A stretch of DNA of 59,063 nucleotides, the filler included. It is 4 parts of 4 records of this genome, joined end to end, with 100 filler letters (N's around TTAATTAATTAA, not from the genome) between each part and the next. Parts side by side here need not be neighbours in the genome. Positions count along the whole stretch, not along the records: positions 25,385 to 39,688 come from SRR20825006_1179; positions 39,789 to 59,063 come from SRR20825006_1181; 2 more parts are not named here. The stretch is one strand, 5' to 3'. The position numbers were made by a program, and so were the translations under genes. The notes below the pieces were generated by a model. The model saw only the letters and a list, made by a program, of their open reading frames with translations. It was not told where the DNA came from and searched no databases. Positions 30,931 through 41,555 of this stretch are shown piece after piece (the first letter of the stretch is position 1; the number at the start of each line of letters is the position of its first letter).

Positions 30931-31614
30931 ATGGAAATACACATTGCCCAGGGGCACAACCCGCCACACAACATCCATGGCATTACCGTGGTGATCGACG
31001 TGATTCGCGCGTTCACCACCAGCCATCACGCCTTTCGCAAAGGCCTTCGCTGTATCTGGCCGGTGGCCAGCGCCGAGCAAGCCTTTGCGCTGCGCGACGA
31101 ACACCTGCCTGACGCCTTGCTGGCCGGGGAAGTGGAGGCACTGCCAATTCCCGGCTTTGATTTTGGCAATTCCCCCTGGGAAATCGATCAGGCCGAGCTG
31201 CGGGGCAAAGAGCTGATTCTGCGCACCACCAACGGCGTGGCCGCCACCCTGCGTGCCCGCGACAGCCGTGAGGTGCTGGTGGCCGGGTTGATCAATGCGG
31301 AGGCCACCGCCAACTATTTGCGCAAACAGAACCCGCCCACCGTGGTGCTGGTTGCCTCTCATCCTACCGGCGATGAAGACGTGGCCTGTGCCGAATACAT
31401 CCGTCATCTGCTGGGCGGAGACGGCATCACCTATGAGGCGGCCCGCGACCGCACCCTGAATGCCAGGTCAGCGCAGAAATTTTTCGCCGGCACTCACCCC
31501 CGGCTACGTCCCCAGGATATCGAAGCCGCCGCCAGCAGCGCAGGCCCGGATGCCCTGACCATGCACGTGCGCTTCGACCCGCAACCCTGTATCACGGCTC
31601 AATCAGCGCCCTGA
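30931..31614 (+). CDS. 2-phosphosulfolactate phosphatase (ComB family)
   Basis: VVIDVIRAFTT, GFDFGNSP, TTNG, ED...CAEY. Confidence 0.85.
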   Translation: MEIHIAQGHNPPHNIHGITVVIDVIRAFTTSHHAFRKGLRCIWPVASAEQAFALRDEHLPDALLAGEVEALPIPGFDFGNSPWEIDQAELRGKELILRTTNGVAATLRARDSREVLVAGLINAEATANYLRKQNPPTVVLVASHPTGDEDVACAEYIRHLLGGDGITYEAARDRTLNARSAQKFFAGTHPRLRPQDIEAAASSAGPDALTMHVRFDPQPCITAQSAP

Positions 31615-31709
31615 CATCCAGCGTCAATGATTCCGTTCTTTTTGATCAATGCGCCGCCACCATCGAGCTTGTTACTGTTGATTGAATTTTTACCCAACAG
31701 GACAGCCCA

Positions 31710-32954
31710 ATGATCCAGTGGTCCGAACAACAGCAGATGATCCAGAAAATGGTACGCGACTTTGTGGAAAAGGAAGTCGTGCCGCAGCTGGACGATATCG
31801 AATATAACGGTGTTCCGCCCTACGATATCCTGCGCAAGATGATCAAAACCTTCGGCATGGATGTGATGGCCAAGCAATCATTCGACAAGCAGATTGCCCG
31901 TGAGAAAGCCATCGCCGCCGGCGACACCGTCGAAGAGAAAAAGAAGAAGGAAGGCCCCTCCGCCATGGCCGGGGAAGAAGCAGCCATGCGCATGATCCCC
32001 ATTATTGAACTGTGCAAACATGCCCAGGGCTTGGTCACCGCCATGGGCGTCTCCATGGGCCTGGGCGGTGGCGCCATCATGAGCAAGGGCACCACCGAGC
32101 AAAAAGAACGCTGGGCCTTGCCCCTGCTGACTCTGGAAAAAGTCGGCGCCTGGGCCATTTCCGAACCCAATGCTGGCTCCGATGCCTTTGGGCAGATGAA
32201 AACCCTGGCCAAGCGCGACGGCAACGGCGGCTACATCATCAACGGCAGCAAGACCTGGATCACTAACGGTCCCTACGCCGACACCATCATCCTGATCTGT
32301 AAACTGGATGAAGACGGCGTGCCGGCGGATCAGCGCAAAATTGTCTCCTTTATTCTCGACAGCGGCATGGAAGGCCTGACCCAGTCAAAGCCCTTCAAGA
32401 AAATGGGCATCGGCTCCTCCCCCACCGGGGAGCTATTCCTGTCCGACGTAAAAGCCGGCCCGGAGCGCCTGTTGGGCGGCAGCGAAGACAGCTACGGCCG
32501 CAGCGGTGCCAAAGGCACCTTCATGCAGGAACGGGCCGGGGTTGCGGCCATGGCTCTGGGCATGGTGGAGCGCGCCCTGCAGCTGAGCACCCAGTACGCC
32601 AGCGACCGGGTGCAGTTCGGCCGCGCCATTGGCCAGAACCAGCTGATTCAGCTGAAACTGGCCAAGATGGAAGTGGCCCGCACCAACCTGCAGAACATGG
32701 TATTCCGCTACATCGAGATGACCGCCGAGGGCGCCCAGATGACGCTGGCCGAGGCTTCCGCCATGAAGCTCTACGCCGCCCAGGCCGCCATGGAAGTGGC
32801 CACTGAAGCGGTGCAAATCCACGGCGGCTACGGCTACATGCGCGAGTCCCGCGTGGAACAGCTGATGCGCGATGCCAAAATTCTGCAGATTTATGCCGGC
32901 ACCGATGAAATGCAGATTATCGCCATTGCAAGGGACCTGCTGGGCCGCGTGTAG
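31710..32954 (+). CDS. Acyl-CoA dehydrogenase
   Basis: SEPNAGSD, NGSKTWITNG, QIHGGYGY, RDAK...IYAGT. Confidence 0.93.
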   Translation: MIQWSEQQQMIQKMVRDFVEKEVVPQLDDIEYNGVPPYDILRKMIKTFGMDVMAKQSFDKQIAREKAIAAGDTVEEKKKKEGPSAMAGEEAAMRMIPIIELCKHAQGLVTAMGVSMGLGGGAIMSKGTTEQKERWALPLLTLEKVGAWAISEPNAGSDAFGQMKTLAKRDGNGGYIINGSKTWITNGPYADTIILICKLDEDGVPADQRKIVSFILDSGMEGLTQSKPFKKMGIGSSPTGELFLSDVKAGPERLLGGSEDSYGRSGAKGTFMQERAGVAAMALGMVERALQLSTQYASDRVQFGRAIGQNQLIQLKLAKMEVARTNLQNMVFRYIEMTAEGAQMTLAEASAMKLYAAQAAMEVATEAVQIHGGYGYMRESRVEQLMRDAKILQIYAGTDEMQIIAIARDLLGRV

Positions 32955-32967
32955 CCCACCACCGGGT

Positions 32968-32994
32968 CTGTGGCTGGCGCCCTGCCAGCCACAG
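32968..32994 (+). terminator. 11-bp stem hairpin after the acyl-CoA dehydrogenase (terminator/REP-like)
   Basis: CTGTGGCTGGC-GCCCT-GCCAGCCACAG; no U-tract. Confidence 0.5.
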
Positions 32995-33198
32995 CTCGCC
33001 TCCTATGTAAGCAATTGACTACCGCCAGTGTAAGCATATTGACCACTGCGCCCTGCGTGATGGTTTTTGTGGTCTTCATCACACAATCTCCCCTGACTAC
33101 ACTCATTCATTATTCGTAGTAAGGTCCGCCAAACCGCCTTTTCAGAGTAGTACGTATGTGCCGCTTTCGAGATGCGCTGCCGGGCCCAGGGTGACTTC

Positions 33199-34020
33199 AT
33201 GAAAGTACGCTATAGGGCAGACCGGCTCGCCGTTGCTCTGGTGTTAGCGGTATTCGGTATCCAGCTTGGCCTGTTCTTCTTCAGCCACGGGCTGGCCACC
33301 TGGCTGGGCATGCTGGCTCTGCTGCCGGTGCAGGTGTCCTGCGGCGCCATCTGCCACAACCATCACCATGTAAATACCTTCGTCAAACGCCCACTCAACC
33401 GGTTGTTTGAAATGGTCCTGTACCTGCAGACCGGCACCAGCCCCTTGAGCTGGACGCTGCACCACAACATTGGCCATCACCAGCTCTATCTGGATCCGGA
33501 CAACGACCCGTCCCCCTGGCAACAGGCTGACGGCAGCCTGATGCCGCGCTGGCGCTATGTGCTGGTCAACACCCTGCGCATCTACCCGGAAATTCACCGC
33601 ATCGGCCGCCAGCACCCGGCACTGTACCGTCGCTTCCTGCGCCTGCTGGTGCTCGCCAATATCCCGTTGATCGCAGCCTTCATGCTGGACCCGCGTAACG
33701 CCTTTATCGTCTTTCTGATTCCCATGATCGGCATGCTGTTCATGTTGCTGGACAACACCTACGGGCAACACGCCGGCACCGGCTATGAAGACCACTTCCA
33801 CGCATCTCGCAATGTGGAACTGAAACGCTATAACCTGCCGTCCTGGAACCTGGGTTACCACACAGCCCACCACATGCTGCCTGGCCTGCACTGGAGCGAA
33901 CTGCCCGCCCTGCACGCAAAAATCCGCGACCGGATTCCGGATCACCTAATTACCGAAAACGTGCTCTTGCAGTGGGAACCCGCCCGCCAGCAGCGCGAAG
34001 GAGAAGGACTTCCCTCATGA
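33199..34020 (+). CDS. Membrane fatty acid desaturase family protein
   Basis: His boxes HNHHH, HHNIGHH, YHTAHH. Confidence 0.85.
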   Translation: MKVRYRADRLAVALVLAVFGIQLGLFFFSHGLATWLGMLALLPVQVSCGAICHNHHHVNTFVKRPLNRLFEMVLYLQTGTSPLSWTLHHNIGHHQLYLDPDNDPSPWQQADGSLMPRWRYVLVNTLRIYPEIHRIGRQHPALYRRFLRLLVLANIPLIAAFMLDPRNAFIVFLIPMIGMLFMLLDNTYGQHAGTGYEDHFHASRNVELKRYNLPSWNLGYHTAHHMLPGLHWSELPALHAKIRDRIPDHLITENVLLQWEPARQQREGEGLPS

Positions 34021-34421
34021 TACGTGGCCTGATTCTCTGTCTGATCATGCTCTCTGCGGCGGCCGCCCGTGCCCAGGATTGCTATTACTACTGGGTACAC
34101 CAGTGCATCGAAGTGGTCGACGCCAGCCAGCGTCAACTCAAGCAATTTGTGCTGATTTCCCCGGCAGTCAATTACCTGAGTGTGGACGAAGGCAGCCAGT
34201 GCAGTGCTGCCGTGAGCCGTCAGCAAGCCCCGCTCACCCCCCAGCTGCTGGCTGCCTTCAATGACGCTGCCAGCAGGATTGATGCCTGTGAAGCCCCGCT
34301 CACCGAGCTTTCCGCCCGCGCCTTCGACAAACCCCACAAGGCCACCTGGCACTACAACCGAAGCCGTAAAGCCAGCCCGCGGAAAGTGGTCATCACGGTG
34401 GAAAACGCCCCCATTCTTTAG
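34017..34421 (+). CDS. Exported hypothetical protein (4 Cys)
   Basis: Signal peptide ARA-Q; ATGA overlap with the desaturase. Confidence 0.6.
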   Translation: MIRGLILCLIMLSAAAARAQDCYYYWVHQCIEVVDASQRQLKQFVLISPAVNYLSVDEGSQCSAAVSRQQAPLTPQLLAAFNDAASRIDACEAPLTELSARAFDKPHKATWHYNRSRKASPRKVVITVENAPIL

Positions 34422-34493
34422 TCAGCGGTTAACCGCTGCACTATGCAACGGGTATGCTATGATCAGTGTGCTTTTTTATATCCGGGGCGAATA

Positions 34494-35207
34494 ATGAAAA
34501 TAATCAAAACTGCCGCGTTGTCCTTGAGTTTGCTCCTTGTTGCCTGCCAGGGCCTGCAAGGCGAGCGCCAGGGCGATTACTACTTTTCACCGGCCGGCGC
34601 CTACATCCTTGATCTTGGTATCAACACTTTCCGTGGCGAAGTGGTTCTGGATGAGCGCTGTGACCGCAACGGCGGCTCCACCACCTTCTGGGATGGCAGT
34701 GGCCGCCTGTTCCGGGTGGATTACCTGAACGTGGAAAACCACCCGATGATCGAAGCCCCCCGCTTCGCCTCGGACCTGACGCTGCTCAATCTCAGCCTCA
34801 ACAGTTACCTGCGTGAAGTGGTTGCCAAGGCCCCCATGATCACCAGCGCTGAAGCCTCCTACCGGGAATTCCTGGACGATGCAGATCCGAAGGCGTTGTT
34901 TGCCATCATTGGCATCAATGTGGATGCCGCCAAGGTGAAAGATGACGAAGTGGAAAGCGGCACCTACTACTACGGCTTCATGCTGTTCAAGCGGGGCGAC
35001 CTGATCTATGTACTGCAGCACCGCCAGCCTGTGCTGATGCCGGAAAAGATGAAGTCCGTGCTGCTGAACCTGGCGGCCGGCATGGAAATTCCCGGCCGGG
35101 TTCGCGATGACACAGACATGGAAAAGCTACGCCGCGCCCTGAAAAAGATGGCTCCCGGCGGCACCGATGGCGACCCGGTGCGTTTGTGCGAACCCGCACA
35201 GGGCTGA
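34494..35207 (+). CDS. Hypothetical lipoprotein
   Basis: Lipobox LLLVA-C; host-like codon usage. Confidence 0.7.
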   Translation: MKIIKTAALSLSLLLVACQGLQGERQGDYYFSPAGAYILDLGINTFRGEVVLDERCDRNGGSTTFWDGSGRLFRVDYLNVENHPMIEAPRFASDLTLLNLSLNSYLREVVAKAPMITSAEASYREFLDDADPKALFAIIGINVDAAKVKDDEVESGTYYYGFMLFKRGDLIYVLQHRQPVLMPEKMKSVLLNLAAGMEIPGRVRDDTDMEKLRRALKKMAPGGTDGDPVRLCEPAQG

Positions 35208-35284
35208 ATTGATAATGGCTAATGGATCACTGACAATCGGGGTAACCGATTCTGTCATCCATTAGCCAGATTGGATTGATCGCC

Positions 35285-35620
35285 ATGAGCACCCTGAAAA
35301 CACAACAATGCGAAGCCTGCCGCGCCGACTCTCCTCTGGTCAGTGACCAGGACCGTAAAGAGCTACATCCGCAAGTACCCGACTGGATGCTGGTGGAAGA
35401 AGACGGCATCGAGAAACTGCAGCGGCACTTCACCTTCAAGAATTTCATCCAGGCGCTGGATTTCACCCATCGGGTGGGCGATCTGGCGGAACAGGAAGGT
35501 CACCACCCCGCCATTCTCACCGAATATGGCAAGGTCACCGTCACCTGGTGGACCCATAAGATCCACGGACTGCACCGCAACGATTTTATCTGCGCCGCCA
35601 AGACTGACGCGCTGCAATAA
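35285..35620 (+). CDS. phhB: Pterin-4-alpha-carbinolamine dehydratase
   Basis: [30 protein letters not shown]. Confidence 0.93.
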   Translation: MSTLKTQQCEACRADSPLVSDQDRKELHPQVPDWMLVEEDGIEKLQRHFTFKNFIQALDFTHRVGDLAEQEGHHPAILTEYGKVTVTWWTHKIHGLHRNDFICAAKTDALQ

Positions 35621-35623
35621 GAC

Positions 35624-35766
35624 AAGCTACAAGATTGGATAAGAGCGGGCGAGACGCTCCCAGGGTTTCCTTTTCCACTTTGCACCCATCGTTCGCAGGC
35701 AGGATGGTTGTCGAGTGGCATACCCCAAGCCGCGTTGCCGCTTGTCCCTTGCCCCTCCCTCCTTTG
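35624..35766 (+). repeat. ~145-bp dispersed element, copy 1 (degenerate)
   Basis: Collinear with the reverse complement of 36312-36462 (agctacaag.ttgga, ctttg.ac..atc.ttcgc.ggcag, gtggca, cccaa.ccgcgtt, gcttg). Confidence 0.75.
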
Positions 35767-35854
35767 ACCTTTTCCTCCACAACTCTGATCAGAACGGCGT
35801 GCACCATCCATCCCGGTCTTTGCTAGCATCATCGGTAACCGAGGAGATAACAGC

Positions 35855-36313
35855 ATGGCCCTGAGCGAAGAACAGAAAACCATCATCAAGACCGCCAGCG
35901 ACAAGACCTTTCCGTTTGTGGAGCGCTGTGAAGTGCAAACGCTGGAAGTGGAGCGCGGTTACTGCAAAATGCTGATGCCACTCAAACCCAACCTGAATCA
36001 TGTTGGCATCATGTACGCTGGAGCGCTCTACACCATTGCCGAACTGCCCGGCGGCACCATCTACCTGACCTCATTCGACACCAAGCGTTTCTATCCTATC
36101 GTCAAAGACATGTCGATTCGCTTCCGGCGCCCGGCCACCACCGACGTGACCGTGGAAGTCACCCTGAGCGAAGAGGAAATTGCGCGTATCGAAAGCACGA
36201 CGGAAGAAGTGGGCAAATGTGATTTCGAGTGGGATGTGGAGATCAAGGATGCCAACGGCGAAGTGGTTGCTATTACCCACAACGTCTACCAGCTAAGAAA
36301 GATCGGCAGTTAA
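35855..36313 (+). CDS. Hotdog-fold thioesterase-like protein (YiiD C-terminal/DUF4442-like)
   Basis: NLNHVGIMYAGALY, IRFRRPA; GAGGAG RBS. Confidence 0.8.
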   Translation: MALSEEQKTIIKTASDKTFPFVERCEVQTLEVERGYCKMLMPLKPNLNHVGIMYAGALYTIAELPGGTIYLTSFDTKRFYPIVKDMSIRFRRPATTDVTVEVTLSEEEIARIESTTEEVGKCDFEWDVEIKDANGEVVAITHNVYQLRKIGS

Positions 36314-36462
36314 AGCGGCGAGCTACAAGCCTCAAGCTGTAACGCGGGTTGGGACGGTGCCACACTGTGATCGCTCTGCCCGCGAAAGATCAGTTCAAAG
36401 TGAAAAGTTGAAAAGGGAATTCCAAGGAATTTTTCCGGCCTCCCTGTCCAAGCTTGTAGCTC
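36312..36462 (-). repeat. ~150-bp dispersed element, copy 2, with 11-bp inverted repeats
   Basis: gagctacaagc (36320-36330) and gcttgtagctc (36452-36462); inverted homologue of 35624-35766. Confidence 0.75.
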
Positions 36463-37240
36463 ACTCCGCGTAAGTGCAAAACCCGTGAGGCCCAAGATTG
36501 ACCGTGGTGGAACATTCCCACTCAATTCTCTGCATTCCACCTTCCACCGGCCATGTCGTGAGTTGATGCCCATCAAGACGGCCTGCCAGTTCCAACTTCA
36601 ACATCCCACCATCCAGTAAATACGCCCGCTTTATGCGTTTTCCGGTCACCTGCTCCTGGGCCACGCCCATATCCGTCAGGCTGTCTGGCCAGGTACCACC
36701 GGACAGATAGTATTCCGTCATATGCATGCGCAAGGCATTTACCGTGCTGAACGTCTGGGCCAACTCGGAACGGTCTCGGCTGCTGCTGAATAATTCCCAG
36801 GTTTTCGGGTCAATCCCCGGTGGCGGCGCATCTTCGGGCTCACGGGGTGATACCGGTGTTTCAGGAATGGCAACACGCCGGGCAAGAGCATCGACATCCC
36901 CTTCATAGCGGGCACGCAGGGAGCAGCGACGGCCCGTCCAGCGCTGCCCCTGCAGGGACGGTGTTTCGGTTTGCAGCTGGGTGAGGTAAGCGTCCCGGAG
37001 CAACGATTCCGGCCGGTCCTGTTTCTTGTATGCCTGTTGGCGCTGCCGATATTCATCGGTGGCCGCAATCACACTGAGTAAGCTGACGTGAAGCTCTTCG
37101 GTCATCAACTGCAAGGCACGACCGCAGACCTGCTGCTCGGTTTCACCCTTCCCGGCCCGTTCCACCTTGGCCAGTGCCAGAGACATGGCCATAACCGGCG
37201 CCCCCAGCGCCAGCAACATAGCCACAATAACAATACGCAT
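36461..37240 (-). CDS. Secreted protein with C-terminal type IV pilin-like domain
   Basis: Sec signal; ALRMHMTEYYLSGGTWP helix and WECST...FC disulfide loop. Confidence 0.6.
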   Translation of the reverse strand: MRIVIVAMLLALGAPVMAMSLALAKVERAGKGETEQQVCGRALQLMTEELHVSLLSVIAATDEYRQRQQAYKKQDRPESLLRDAYLTQLQTETPSLQGQRWTGRRCSLRARYEGDVDALARRVAIPETPVSPREPEDAPPPGIDPKTWELFSSSRDRSELAQTFSTVNALRMHMTEYYLSGGTWPDSLTDMGVAQEQVTGKRIKRAYLLDGGMLKLELAGRLDGHQLTTWPVEGGMQRIEWECSTTVNLGPHGFCTYAE

Positions 37241-37371
37241 CCCTTCCCCCCTTTGCTCCCCTTACAAACCAGCCCAGCGCGACCTGCGGCAACCCCAAAG
37301 CAGCACCAGCATGGCGACGCGCTATTTTTTGTTTTTAGCGTCTTGCGTCATGCTTCTGGCATCCAGCGTTA

Positions 37372-38433
37372 CTATTTCTGACTCAACTCTACAACTGACT
37401 CAATGAAGACCTTAGCGTGCTCCGGGTCAACTTGTGGTGTAATGCCATGGCCAAGATTGAAAATATGCCCGGGGTGGTCACCAAAATCATTGAGAATACG
37501 CTGCACTTCCGCACGGATCGCCTGCGGGGAAGCATACAGCACGGCCGGATCCATATTGCCCTGCAAGGCCACCTTGTCACCCACACGGCGGCGCGCCTCA
37601 CCAATATTGATGGTCCAGTCCAGGCCCAGCGCATCGCATCCAGATTCCGCCATGGATTCCAGCCATAACCCACCGTTCTTGGTGAAAAGAATCACCGGCA
37701 CCTTGCGGCCTTCATGATCGCGAATCAGGCCATCAACAATCTGCTTCATGTATTTCAGGGAAAACTGCTGGTACGCCTCGGCGGACAGGGCGCCTCCCCA
37801 GGTATCAAAAATCTGCACGACCTGAGCGCCATGGCGAATCTGCGCATTCAGGTAGGAGGTGACCGACTGTGCCAACTTGTCGAGCAGGGCATGGGCCACT
37901 TCAGGCTGGCTGTACACCATGGCCTTGAGATGACGAAAATCCTTGCTGGAGCCGCCTTCCACCATATAAGTGGCCAACGTCCAGGGACTGCCGGAAAAGC
38001 CGATCAGGGGAACACGGCCATTCAGGGCACCACGAATGGTGCTTACCGCTTTCATCACATACCCAAGATCGGATTCCGCATCAGGAATCGGCAGCGCGGC
38101 CACGTCGGCTTCCGTGCGCACCACTTTCCTGAATTTCGGCCCTTCCCCGGTTTCGAAGTACAGCCCCAGGCCCATGGCATCGGGGATGGTCAGGATGTCG
38201 GAGAACAGGATTGCCGCGTCCAACGGGTAACGCTCCAGCGGCTGCAACGTGACTTCGCAGGCCAGGTCGGCATTCCTGCACAGATCCATGAATGAACCCG
38301 CATGTTCACGGGCTGCCCGGTATTCCGGCAGATAGCGACCCGCCTGGCGCATCATCCAGATGGGCGTGCGGTCCACCGACTCGCGGTTCAAGGCACGGAG
38401 GAAGCGATCGTTTTGCAGGGGAGCGAAAGTCAT
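37372..38433 (-). CDS. hemE: Uroporphyrinogen decarboxylase
   Basis: [26 protein letters not shown]. Confidence 0.97.
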   Translation of the reverse strand: MTFAPLQNDRFLRALNRESVDRTPIWMMRQAGRYLPEYRAAREHAGSFMDLCRNADLACEVTLQPLERYPLDAAILFSDILTIPDAMGLGLYFETGEGPKFRKVVRTEADVAALPIPDAESDLGYVMKAVSTIRGALNGRVPLIGFSGSPWTLATYMVEGGSSKDFRHLKAMVYSQPEVAHALLDKLAQSVTSYLNAQIRHGAQVVQIFDTWGGALSAEAYQQFSLKYMKQIVDGLIRDHEGRKVPVILFTKNGGLWLESMAESGCDALGLDWTINIGEARRRVGDKVALQGNMDPAVLYASPQAIRAEVQRILNDFGDHPGHIFNLGHGITPQVDPEHAKVFIESVVELSQK

Positions 38434-38510
38434 GTGGGTTCCTTTGGAAACGCTTCACGCACCACGCTGCACGCAACGCGCGAAAATCAAAATCTTCAAC
38501 ATCATATAGA

Positions 38511-38538
38511 AAAAGGGCCTGCAAAAGCAGGCCCTTTT
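38511..38538 (-). terminator. Rho-independent terminator after gltD
   Basis: AAAAGGGCCTGC-AAAA-GCAGGCCCTTTT. Confidence 0.85.
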
Positions 38539-38577
38539 AGCGTGATGCGTGCAAGCATGGCGCTTGCAGCGTCTCAC

Positions 38578-39688
<1,111 letters not shown>

Positions 39689-39788
39689 NNNNNNNNNNNN
39701 NNNNNNNNNNNNNNNNNNNNNNNNNNNNNNNNTTAATTAATTAANNNNNNNNNNNNNNNNNNNNNNNNNNNNNNNNNNNNNNNNNNNN
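39689..39788. other. Artificial contig spacer
   Basis: N-run with TTAATTAATTAA. Confidence 0.98.
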
Positions 39789-41555
39789 GCCCTCGCCCGG
39801 ATCATTGACGATGAAGGGGTAAAAATGGGGCAGTTGCGCCCATAGCATGTGGGGGTAACACTCGTCAGAAAGCGCCACGGCCTTGCCCGGCAGCCATTCC
39901 AGATTGCCATGTTTGCCATTATGGACCAGCGCGTCAGCGGCGAATTGGTGCTTTAGCCAGAAGTAACCTGCGAGATAGCCATGGGGCGGCACCAGATCGG
40001 GATCGTGATAGATCGCTTCCTCATCTAAATCATAACCTCGGGCAGGCTGGATCAAGATGGCGGCGTGGCCAAATTGGATGGCGGGCAGTTCAAAATGATC
40101 GTTGCGAAAGAAAGGATCTGTTTCTGGAGTTCCCCATCTTTCTTCAATAGAATTTTTTAGAGTTTCAGGTAGAATTTCATAGAGTTTTCTATAATTTTCT
40201 AGAGTTATAGTCGCCTGACTGGTGCCGCGTTTTGGGGCGGCATTGGTGGGGCCATTTTGCAGCATTTCGATCAGCGCATTGCCGCTTTCGGGCAAATGGT
40301 CGAGGGCGTATCCGGCCTCTTGCAAAAACTGCAAAATATTGAGCGTAGACGCCGGGGCGTCATAGCCGACGCCATTGGCCAAACGGCCATCGCGGATCGG
40401 GTAGTTGGCCAAGACAATACCGACTTTACGCTCGGCGACTTGCTTTTGCCGGAGTGTGACCCAGTTTTTCGCCAGCTTGGCGGCGGCATTGATACCCGGC
40501 ACATGCGGTTCGTTGACCGAAAGCGGACACTCGCTGGCATCGTGCCAGATGTTTTGTGCCTTGTGGGCAATCAGGATATTGCCTGCGCGGCCGTCCAGTT
40601 CCGGCAGCACGATTTGCATCGCCAAATCTTTGGCATTCAGCCCTTGAATATCTTCCTGCCACACTTCTTCAGCACGGCCCGCCTGCACCAGTTGCAGGAT
40701 CGGCGCGTCGGTGTGGGCGAAGGGATTGTCGGTTTCGCTGAGATCATTGATGCCCAAGGCGAAGCCGGTGGCGTTTAGGATCACTTGCGGGTCAAACCGC
40801 TGGAACAGCTTTTGGGCAAACTGCACGGGTTCCGCCTGTTTCAAGCTGGTCACCAGCAGGATTAGCGGGGTGAGCCCCTCCTTGTGCAATGCCCTTGCCA
40901 TACGTTCGATGGGACGCAGATTGCCGCCATCCATCAGGGCGCGATAGGCGATGATGGGGGCGTATTTTGCAGCCGGGTCTACGGTGATCTCGTCGAGATT
41001 GCTGACCAATTGCCGCTCGTGCCAGATAGCGGCGTTGGGGGCCGGTTGTGGCACGGGCAATTCTGCGGTTTCACCCTTGGCGCGGTGGCGCAGATAAGTG
41101 AGCAAAGCGCTTAGATTTTGTGCGCCGCCCGCGATAAAGGCTTGATGCAACTGCTCGTAGATTTCGCCATCGATGGTCGAGCGGCTTTTCAAGTCCGGGT
41201 CTGGATTGGCATCGCCGGGCAAAAGTGCCAGTTCAATGCCGCGATCGGCGCACAGGGCGGTGAGCTGATCAACACCATAGGTCCAATAGGCGCGGCCACC
41301 GAGCACGCGCACCACGATCAATTTGGCATGTTGCGCCGTATCATCAAGCCAAAGATCGATGGAGTAATTGTGGCTCAAGCGCATGGTGTTGGCGAGGCGC
41401 ACATCGTTAGCGCCTTGCGCATCTACGGCGCCTGCAAAAGCGGCCAGTTCGCTATCGGCGGCGGACAGGATGAGCAGTGGCGCAGGCGATTGGCCTAAGT
41501 CAATCGCCTCCCCCTCTTGCTGGATGGCCCCAGCTTGGGCTGATAATAAATGCAT
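39789..41555 (-). CDS. cobN: Cobaltochelatase subunit CobN (3' truncated)
   Basis: MHLLSAQ, LSAADSEL, LPELDGR, NYPIRDGRLANGVG, HNGKHGNLEWLPGK, NDPGEG; TGATG overlap with cobW. Confidence 0.95.
40148..40209. repeat. Six degenerate 10-bp units (TAGARTTTYM) inside cobN
   Basis: tagaattttt tagagtttca gg tagaatttca tagagttttc tataattttc tagagttata. Confidence 0.65.
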
